Below, piece by piece: positions 38,773 through 46,147 of a stretch of DNA of 64,000 nucleotides. Both the position numbers and the translations under genes were made by a program. The notes beneath the pieces are model-generated. The model worked only from the letters and a program-made list of their open reading frames with translations. It had not been told where the DNA came from and made no database searches. Origin of the DNA: Bacillota bacterium (lineage in GTDB: Bacteria > Bacillota > Limnochordia > DTU080 > JAAYLA01). Within the stretch, counting starts at the first letter, position 1, and each line of letters begins with the position of its first letter. The stretch lies in the NCBI GenBank assembly GCA_012522135.1, contig JAAYLA010000375.1, forward strand, positions 20,309-84,308, written 5' to 3'.

Positions 38773-38788
38773 GTGTGATCCGGATCAC
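38773..38788. promoter_or_regulatory. perfect CRP-type palindrome TGTGATCCGGATCACA (TGTGA-N6-TCACA)
   Basis: 16-bp perfect inverted repeat in the divergent region between the Crp-family regulator and nirK. Confidence 0.6.
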
Positions 38789-38919
38789 AGCGCGGTGAGA
38801 GAATTCGCATCGTTGCCTACGCCGGCGGTCACTGATCCTGCGCCGTGCCTTTGATACGCTGGAACGGGAAGACGAAGCAGGAGGAAACAATCGCTCGCGG
38901 GCCCCGGGAGGTGCGTTGT

Positions 38920-40290
38920 ATGGAACGTTTCGGTCGCAACACCGTTTGGCTCACCTTGGTCATAGCAGGCCTCATACTAATCGTCGGACTGCTTGACCGC
39001 GGAGCGGGCACACACAGCGCGCCTACCGGTTCTCAGGCCGCAGTGCCCGCGGGCGATGAAATCGTAGTAGAACTGGCGATGATGCGATTCGAACCGAGCC
39101 GCATACAAGTTCCCCCCGGCACCACCATTCGCTTCGTCAATCGCGACCCCATGTTGCACAACGTAGTGCATGCGCGGCCGGACACCCTCGGCAAAGGGCC
39201 TGAAAAGTTCCGCTCGCCGCAGCTCGGTCCGGGAGACAGCTGGACCCTCACCCTGACGGTGGAGGGCGTGTACGATATTCTGTGCGACATCGCGGGCCAC
39301 TTCCTCGCCGGCATGGTCGGCCAAATTGTGGTGACCCAGGATACGGCTGCCCGGGAGGCCGAGCCCGCCGGAACCGCCGGGCAGCCCGTCGCCCGCGATC
39401 CCCGGGACCTGCCCGGCCCCATTGATCGGGATGAGCCCACGGTCGTTCGTTTCGACCTGCGTACCGTGGAAGTGGAAGGCCAGCTCGCGGAAGGCATCAC
39501 TTTCACCTACTGGACGTACAACGGTACCGTGCCCGGTCCCCTGCTGCGCGTGCGCCAGGGCGATACGGTCGAGCTGTACCTTACGAATGATGCGTCGAGC
39601 ACCCAACCCCATTCGATCGATCTGCACGCCGTCACGGGTCCCGGAGGCGGCGCCGCCGTGACACAGGTCGCCCCCGGCGAGACGAAGGCTTTCCGCTTCA
39701 AGGCCCTGCATCCCGGCGTCTACGTATACCATTGCGCGACGCCGCACATCCCGACCCACATCGCCATGGGCATGTACGGGCTAATCGTCGTCGAGCCGCC
39801 CGAGGGACTTGTGCCCGTCGACCACGAGTTTTACGTGATGCAGGGCGAAGTCTACGCCGATCTGCGCCCCGGTTCCCAAGGCCACGCTGCGCACGATCCG
39901 GCGGCGATGTGGGATGAGCGACCGAATTTCGTCGTGTTCAACGGCCAGTTCCAAGCTCTCACCGGAGACCGCGCCATGCGGGTCAACGTCGGCGACACGG
40001 TGCGCATCTTCTTCGGTGTCGGTGGGCCGAACTTGCCGTCGTCGCTGCACTTGATCGGTGAAGTATTCGACCGGCTCCATCCGGAAGGCGCGGCAGAACC
40101 CGCAACCCACGTACAGACCACGCTCGTACCCGCCGGCGGCGCCACGTGGGTTGAGTTCACCGTCGACGTTCCGGGAACCTACACGCTCGTCGACCACTCG
40201 CTCAGCCGGGCCGTCGACAAGGGAGCCTTGGCCACGATAGAGGCCGTAGGCCCCGGCGCACCGGACATTTTCGCCGCGCTCGACGACTGA
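38920..40290 (+). CDS. nirK: copper-containing nitrite reductase NirK with an N-terminal cupredoxin domain
   Basis: ATG after GGGAGGTG. The N-terminal cupredoxin carries H..C....H....M ligands (HNVV...CDIAGHFLAGM). The NirK core has HSIDLH (T1/T2 His and catalytic Asp) and HCATPHIPTHIAMGMYG. Confidence 0.85.
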   Translation: MERFGRNTVWLTLVIAGLILIVGLLDRGAGTHSAPTGSQAAVPAGDEIVVELAMMRFEPSRIQVPPGTTIRFVNRDPMLHNVVHARPDTLGKGPEKFRSPQLGPGDSWTLTLTVEGVYDILCDIAGHFLAGMVGQIVVTQDTAAREAEPAGTAGQPVARDPRDLPGPIDRDEPTVVRFDLRTVEVEGQLAEGITFTYWTYNGTVPGPLLRVRQGDTVELYLTNDASSTQPHSIDLHAVTGPGGGAAVTQVAPGETKAFRFKALHPGVYVYHCATPHIPTHIAMGMYGLIVVEPPEGLVPVDHEFYVMQGEVYADLRPGSQGHAAHDPAAMWDERPNFVVFNGQFQALTGDRAMRVNVGDTVRIFFGVGGPNLPSSLHLIGEVFDRLHPEGAAEPATHVQTTLVPAGGATWVEFTVDVPGTYTLVDHSLSRAVDKGALATIEAVGPGAPDIFAALDD

Positions 40291-40412
40291 ACAGCACTTC
40301 GGACGGACGGGCCTTCGGAGCACCGGCAGGAAACAGGTCCAGCGCACAAGAATAACAGGTGGGACGGGCCCGTCAGGTCGGCCTGCAGCTTGAGGAGGTA
40401 CGCCCCCGTCCG

Positions 40413-43400
40413 ATGAGTTTGCAACGTGTGTCCGTGCACCGTCCCGTCGCGCTCTCCATGTGCGTTCTCGCCGCCTTGGTCATCGGCCTGATCTCCCTTG
40501 ATCGCATCGGCATCGATCTTTTGCCCAATTTGGAGTATCCTACGCTGGCCGTTGTGACCGTTTACCCGAATGCGGATGCCGAGAGCGTCGAAAGCGACGT
40601 CACGCTGCCTATTGAACGCACTTTATCGACCGTATCGGGACTGCGGCAGCTTGAGTCGCTGAGCATGGAGAACGCGTCGCTCGTCATGGCCACCTTCGAG
40701 TGGGGCACCGACTTAGGCGACGCCTTCGAGGAAATCAACTCGCTGCTCAGCGTGGCGAGCCTTCTGCTTCCATCCGATGTCCAGCGCCCGATCGTCGTCA
40801 AGCTCGATCCGTCCCAAGTGCCCGTTCTCAATATCGCGGTGACCGGCGAGACGGACCTTGTTGCGTTGACGGGCCGCGTAGAAAGGGAAATCGTGCCGGT
40901 CATCGAGCGCGTTCCTGGCGTCGCCCAAGTCAGTGTAGCCGGCGGCGCGTACCCGCAGATCAGCGTCTACTACGACACCCAGGCACTCCGGGAAAGGGCG
41001 CGGCTCAATCCCCTGGATATCCAGGCGATGCTGCAATACCAAAACGCCGTCGTACCCGCGGGTACACTTGAGGTACGTCCGGAAGAACTGGGCCTTGAGG
41101 CGGGTGACGTACGCCGGTTCCCGCTGCGCGTCGGTGCCAACTTGGAAAGCATCGACGACCTGCGCAGCCTCGTCATCTCCGTCGAACAGCCCGCGACGGG
41201 AGGCGACGCGTTCGGCCTGTCGGCGCTGCTTCCGCCCGACGTCATCCGCCTCGGCGATGTGGCGCAGATCGTCGAAGAAGTGCGGCGCGTGGAAGGGCAC
41301 ACGCGGGTCAACGGCGAGCCGGCCGTTGTCCTGCGCGTGCTGAAAGAGAGCGAAGCGAACACCGTCGAAGTCTCCCGGGGGGTCCTCGCGGCGGTCGCTG
41401 CCTTGACCGGGCAACTTGCGGGCGATCTAACCCTTGAGATCGTCACCGACCAGGCGCAATTCATCAACGAGTCCATCGACAATTTGTCCTGGAGCGCCCT
41501 TGTCGGTGCCGTCCTCGCCGTCCTGGTCCTCACCCTTTTCCTGCGTTCGTGGCGCGATATCGTCGTCATCGCGGTGGCGATCCCGCTGGCGTTTGCCGTC
41601 GCCGTCACCTTGCTTCATTTCGGCGGTTACACCCTCAACTTGATGACCCTGGGCGGACTGGCCATTGCCGTAGGAATGCTCGTCGACAATGCGATCGTCG
41701 TGCTCGAGAACATTTTCCGCTTGCGGGGCCTTGGCCTGTCGCCTAAGGAGGCGGCCGTCCAGGGGGCGAGCGAGATGGCGCCGGCGATCGTCGCGTCGAC
41801 GCTTACGACGGTAGCCGTATTCGTCCCGCTTATCTTCATGCGCAGTTTAGCCGGGTATCTGTTCAAGGAGTTGTCCCTGGCCGTCGTCTGCGCGCTGGCG
41901 GCGTCGCTGCTCGTTGCTCTCACCGTCGTTCCGATGCTAGCGGCCTACCTCCCCGATCGGTCGAGGAGCACCGCGCGGGCAGCCACTTCCCGGCCGGCGG
42001 AGGGCGTCCATCAAGGGATCGCAGATCGGTTGACCCCCCACTACGCCCGGGCGATTCGGAAGGTGCTCCGTCGTCCTTGGCTTGGGGTCGTGATCGCGGG
42101 CGCCTTCACCATAAGCCTGGTGTTCCTCCCCAGGCTCCTCGACGTCGGTTTCGTGCCCGAGATGGACGGCAGCCTCGTGACAATCGACATTCAGCTCCCG
42201 CCGGGCACGCCCCTGCACACCACGGACAAGGTCGTGCGCGACGTCGAAGCCTATCTGGAAGCCCTGCCCGAAGTCGCTCTGCTGTCGGTGCAGGTGGGAA
42301 ACCAAGGCGGCACGGATTATCTCAGCATCGTACAGGAGATGCCGGTCAACCAGGCCCGGGTTCACGCGCTCCTTGTCCCGCCCGGCGAGCGCTCTCGCTC
42401 GTCCCATGAACTGGCCCGGATCATCGGCAGCGAACTGCCCCTGCCCCCGGAGGCCGCCGTGCGGATCAGCGCCGACCGGGCCGTCGATGCACTCGGCGAT
42501 GATTTCGCGAGCGGGCTGACGCTGGAGATCCTCGGCCCGGAATGGGATGTACTCCAGTCCGTCGCGGGCCGCATCGCCGAAGAGCTGAGACGGACCCCCG
42601 GCTTCGTCAACGTCACTTCCACCGCAGAAGATGTGAACCAAGTGCTCTTTTTTGAAGTAGATAGGGTGCAGGCCGGAAGAGCGTTGCTGCCGGCCGGGCA
42701 GGTCGGCCTGACGGTCCGCCTGGCGCTGACGGGTCTTCAAGCGACTACGCTGCACGTCGACGGGCGGTCGGTGCCGGTAGTCATCAAGCCCAGTCCGAGC
42801 GAGACCGAAAATCTGGAGGCCTTGCAGTCGCTGCGGGTGTGGAATTTGCAAAGCGACGCGACAGGCATCCCGCAGGCGGCCCGCTTCGAAGCGATCACCA
42901 CGGCGGACGCCCCGGTCATCACCGATGCGCCGAGAACCATTCGGCACCTCGATCGACAACGGGTCGCGACGGTGAAAGCCCAGCTCGACGGCGTTGACCT
43001 CGGCAAGGCGCGGCGGCTGGCCGAGCAGATCGTGGCTGCTACGGATCTTCCAGCAGGTTACGAGGTGCGAATGGCAGGAATTCATAGGACGCTGGATGAA
43101 TCAATTAAGGAGTTGGTTCTTGCGCTAGGGCTTGCGGTGCTGTTCGTGTACATGGTGATGGCAGCCCAGTTCGAGTCCTTGCGGTATCCGGGCATCATCA
43201 TGATTACCGTGCCCCTGTCGGCGGCGGGAGGCTTCTTCGCCTTGTGGTTGACCGGCCAGCAGCTGAACGTACCGGCCTTCCTCGGACTCCTCCTGCTCGT
43301 CGGCATTGCGGTGAACAACGGCATCGTTCTGGTCGACACGATCGGCCGCTTCCGGCGTTCGTTGCCCCTGGAAGAGGCGATCGTCGAAGCGTGCCGCGTG

Positions 43401-43613
43401 CGGCTCCGGCCCATTTTGATGACCGCGCTGACAACGATTCTGGGGCTGGTTCCGCTCGCCCTCGGGTGGGGAGAAGGCACCGAAATTCAGGTTCCCTTGG
43501 CCCTGGCAGCGCTGGGCGGGTTGATCTCGGGAACGCTACTCACCCTTTTTGTGGTGCCGGCCTTTTACCGGCTCTTCTCTGGCACCATTGAGACGCCCGC
43601 ACGGGCCGATTGA
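40413..43613 (+). CDS. RND-family efflux transporter (AcrB/HAE-like)
   Basis: ~1060 aa, 12 TM plus two large periplasmic loops; the start is ambiguous (40359 GTG-type or the 40413 ATG). Confidence 0.8.
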   Translation: MSLQRVSVHRPVALSMCVLAALVIGLISLDRIGIDLLPNLEYPTLAVVTVYPNADAESVESDVTLPIERTLSTVSGLRQLESLSMENASLVMATFEWGTDLGDAFEEINSLLSVASLLLPSDVQRPIVVKLDPSQVPVLNIAVTGETDLVALTGRVEREIVPVIERVPGVAQVSVAGGAYPQISVYYDTQALRERARLNPLDIQAMLQYQNAVVPAGTLEVRPEELGLEAGDVRRFPLRVGANLESIDDLRSLVISVEQPATGGDAFGLSALLPPDVIRLGDVAQIVEEVRRVEGHTRVNGEPAVVLRVLKESEANTVEVSRGVLAAVAALTGQLAGDLTLEIVTDQAQFINESIDNLSWSALVGAVLAVLVLTLFLRSWRDIVVIAVAIPLAFAVAVTLLHFGGYTLNLMTLGGLAIAVGMLVDNAIVVLENIFRLRGLGLSPKEAAVQGASEMAPAIVASTLTTVAVFVPLIFMRSLAGYLFKELSLAVVCALAASLLVALTVVPMLAAYLPDRSRSTARAATSRPAEGVHQGIADRLTPHYARAIRKVLRRPWLGVVIAGAFTISLVFLPRLLDVGFVPEMDGSLVTIDIQLPPGTPLHTTDKVVRDVEAYLEALPEVALLSVQVGNQGGTDYLSIVQEMPVNQARVHALLVPPGERSRSSHELARIIGSELPLPPEAAVRISADRAVDALGDDFASGLTLEILGPEWDVLQSVAGRIAEELRRTPGFVNVTSTAEDVNQVLFFEVDRVQAGRALLPAGQVGLTVRLALTGLQATTLHVDGRSVPVVIKPSPSETENLEALQSLRVWNLQSDATGIPQAARFEAITTADAPVITDAPRTIRHLDRQRVATVKAQLDGVDLGKARRLAEQIVAATDLPAGYEVRMAGIHRTLDESIKELVLALGLAVLFVYMVMAAQFESLRYPGIIMITVPLSAAGGFFALWLTGQQLNVPAFLGLLLLVGIAVNNGIVLVDTIGRFRRSLPLEEAIVEACRVRLRPILMTALTTILGLVPLALGWGEGTEIQVPLALAALGGLISGTLLTLFVVPAFYRLFSGTIETPARAD

Positions 43614-43715
43614 TCCCGGCGGTCGAAAGCAGGAGGAAACACGAGTTCGTTTCGCGCCTTTTGGCAGAGAAGCATCATGTTCTTCAGAGAGTGAGCGGAA
43701 TAAGGGGGATCCTAC

Positions 43716-44123
43716 ATGGCTAGAGCAGTACGTCGTCAAACGCCCGCACAGAGGCTTGCTACCTTGTTCGGGGCAACCTTGCTGATTCTGATCTTGGCGC
43801 TATTAGTGGTCTCGTTCGTACAGGGAAACCGCCGGACGGTTTCCGACAGCCCGATGCAGCGTCTGATCTCGGCACCCACGGCTGACCTCTTCTACGTATA
43901 TGAGACAGCGAGGGTTGAGGACGGGGTCATGTACGTGACGGGCCAGTTCGTCGGTGTGCCCAATGTCACGCCCGAAACCGCCGAGGAATGGCAAGAGCAC
44001 ACGAAAAAGGTCGCCGAGGTCATCGTGAAGGAGCTCAAGGGTCTTCCTACCGTTTCGGCTCTCTCGCTGAAGCAATACCACCGGGGCGAACTCGTGGGCG
44101 AGATTACACTCCCCGTGAAGTAG
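43716..44123 (+). CDS. membrane-anchored hypothetical protein (N-terminal TM, 135 aa)
   Basis: AAGGGGGAT RBS; TM LATLFGATLLILILALLVVSFV; followed by a terminator. Confidence 0.45.
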   Translation: MARAVRRQTPAQRLATLFGATLLILILALLVVSFVQGNRRTVSDSPMQRLISAPTADLFYVYETARVEDGVMYVTGQFVGVPNVTPETAEEWQEHTKKVAEVIVKELKGLPTVSALSLKQYHRGELVGEITLPVK

Positions 44124-44133
44124 AAGCTGTTTC

Positions 44134-44167
44134 GGGGCCCCACGCTGCGGCGTGGGGCCTTTCTTTG
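44134..44167 (+). terminator. rho-independent terminator GGCCCCACGC-tgcg-GCGTGGGGCC + TTTCTTTG
   Basis: 10-bp GC stem plus T-tract, just after the 43716..44123 gene. Confidence 0.65.
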
Positions 44168-44276
44168 CCTGTCTGCATTTCCAGTCGCTCGCGCCGTTGC
44201 CGGGTGGCGCGCACGGACCACCCCTGGCACAGCGCTGCCGCGTGCCTGCCTCGCCGGTGCGCCTGGCCGGCACGAA

Positions 44277-44314
44277 AAGGGGCCGCCCCCGCATACCACG
44301 CAGGGATGGCCCCT
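44277..44314 (-). terminator. probable rpsI terminator (GC hairpin + TTTTCG on the minus strand)
   Basis: Minus strand GGGGCCATCCCTGCGTGGTATGCGGGGGCGGCCCTTTTCG, downstream of rpsI. Confidence 0.45.
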
Positions 44315-44358
44315 CATTGCCGTCGTATCCGTAATCTTGCCTCGCGCCCTGCGGCGTG

Positions 44359-44763
44359 TTACCGCTTCGAGAACTGAGGCGCCCGGCGGGCCTTCTTCAG
44401 ACCGTACTTCTTCCGCTCCTTCATACGCGGATCGCGGGTGAGATAGCCGGCCTTCTTCAGTACGGGCCGCAGCTCGGGATCGGCCTCCACAAGCGCACGC
44501 GCGATGCCGTGCCGGATCGCGCCGGCTTGTCCGCTCAAGCCGCCGCCGTACACGTTGACCAGCACGTCGAAACGGTCCTCAACGCCGGCCGTCTTGAGCG
44601 GCGCGCGAACCCGCATCTCGAGGATCGGACGGCCCAAGTACTCACTGATGGGCTTTCCGTTGATGATGATCTTGCCGTCGCCGGGGACTAACCGAACCCG
44701 TGCCACGGAGCACTTGCGGCGGCCGGTTCCCCAGTACATGTATTCTGGAGCTGCAGTAGCCAA
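44359..44763 (-). CDS. rpsI: 30S ribosomal protein S9
   Basis: C-terminal ...[17 protein letters not shown], typical of S9. Confidence 0.95.
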   Translation of the reverse strand: MATAAPEYMYWGTGRRKCSVARVRLVPGDGKIIINGKPISEYLGRPILEMRVRAPLKTAGVEDRFDVLVNVYGGGLSGQAGAIRHGIARALVEADPELRPVLKKAGYLTRDPRMKERKKYGLKKARRAPQFSKR

Positions 44764-44787
44764 AGGGCAGCCAACCTCCTCCTAAAA

Positions 44788-45238
44788 TTACGCGTTGATC
44801 TCCAACACTTCGGGCTGCTGAGCCTCGTGCGGATGGGTGTCTCCGCGGTACACCTTCAGCTTACGAATTTGCCTGCGCCCCAGCCGGTTGTGGGGGAGCA
44901 TGCCCCATACCGCAAGCTCGATTAGGCGCTCGGGCCGCCGCTCCAGCATCTCTTGCGCCGTAGTCCTCCGGAGCCCGCCCGCATACCCGGAGTGCCGGTA
45001 ATACATCTTCTGTTGCAGCTTGCGCCCAGTGAGCCGGACCTTGTCTGCGTTGATCACAATGACGTAATCGCCGGTGTCAACGTGCGGCGTAAAGGTGGGC
45101 TTATGCTTTCCGCGCAGGATGGCTGCGACCTGGCTGGCCAAGCGTCCAAGGGTCTTGCCTGTCGCGTCAACCACGTACCACTTCTTGTCCAGGTCTTCCT
45201 TCTTCGCCTGGAAAGTTCGTTGCCTCACCGTGTTTCCC
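44788..45238 (-). CDS. rplM: 50S ribosomal protein L13
   Basis: GTG start (V in ...[23 protein letters not shown]) after GGGGGA; the ORF-track N-terminal extension is rejected. Confidence 0.9.
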
Positions 45239-45355
45239 CCTGTCTGTCGTGGACAAAAGCGTTCAAAGGTGCGCCGAAGGCGGATGAATACAAAGAACCG
45301 GACGGACGTCCGGCGAACTGCCAACAACCATTCTAACCTACTCCGTCATTTGCTG

Positions 45356-46147
45356 TCAACCTGTAGATGCCGACTCCTCCGGGTTTTCAAGCCCGCCGCC
45401 GTCCGGATAGGCGACCGCCATTAACGTCAATCCGTGGGGCGGAGCGGTGCTGCCCAACTCCTCGCGCCGGCCGGACGCCAAAGCCTTCGGTACGCACTCG
45501 GCGCTGCGCCGGCCCAAGCCGACTTCGAGGAGGGTACCCGCCATGATGCGCACCATGTTGTAAAGAAACCCCGAACCCTCAATCTCGAAGTGGACAAGGT
45601 CGTTCTCACGCCAGACGTCGGCTCTGTACATGCGGCGCACGGTGCTTTTGCTGCCTCCCCCGGTTGAACGGAAGGCAGCAAAGTCGTGCTCGCCGACGAA
45701 GTGCCGCGCCGCGCGGCGCATTTTCTCTACGTCGACGGGACGCGGCACGAACAGTGCGTAGCGGTGCCAAAAGGGGGACGGTGTCGCACGCACGAGCCAC
45801 GTATAGCGGTACGTCTTGCTCAAGGCCCAGTACCGTGCATGAAAGTCTCCAGGCACTTCTGCGGCCTCGCGCACTTTGATGTCCCACGGCAGTTGCGTAT
45901 TGACGGCAGCGGGAAAGCGCTCGACCGGAATGCGCGACCGGGTGTGAAAGTTCACCACCTGGCCGCGGGCGTGCACCCCCGCGTCGGTGCGGCCTGCTCC
46001 GATCACCTGCACGGGTTCTTGGCAAGTCCGGGCGAGTGCCTCTTGCAGCACGCTTTGTATGGTCGGACGGTCAGGCCGGCCCTGATCTTGAAAGCCGCAG
46101 TAGCCGGTACCGTCGTATTCCACTACCAACTTGATGTTGCGGGTCAC
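45356..46147 (-). CDS. truA: tRNA pseudouridine(38-40) synthase
   Basis: IKLVVEYDGTGYCGFQDQ...GAGRTDAGVHA catalytic Asp motif; GTG after GAGGGAGGG overlapping the ecf ORF stop. Confidence 0.9.
   Translation of the reverse strand: MTRNIKLVVEYDGTGYCGFQDQGRPDRPTIQSVLQEALARTCQEPVQVIGAGRTDAGVHARGQVVNFHTRSRIPVERFPAAVNTQLPWDIKVREAAEVPGDFHARYWALSKTYRYTWLVRATPSPFWHRYALFVPRPVDVEKMRRAARHFVGEHDFAAFRSTGGGSKSTVRRMYRADVWRENDLVHFEIEGSGFLYNMVRIMAGTLLEVGLGRRSAECVPKALASGRREELGSTAPPHGLTLMAVAYPDGGGLENPEESASTG

Noticed and set aside
40359-40375. 12-bp palindrome GACGGGCCCGTC downstream of nirK
   Set aside because: It has no loop and no U-tract. The palindrome is GC-rich and could occur by chance at this GC content; it could not be called a terminator or operator.
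41937-43085. 382-aa minus-strand ORF
   Set aside because: Antisense to the RND transporter gene.
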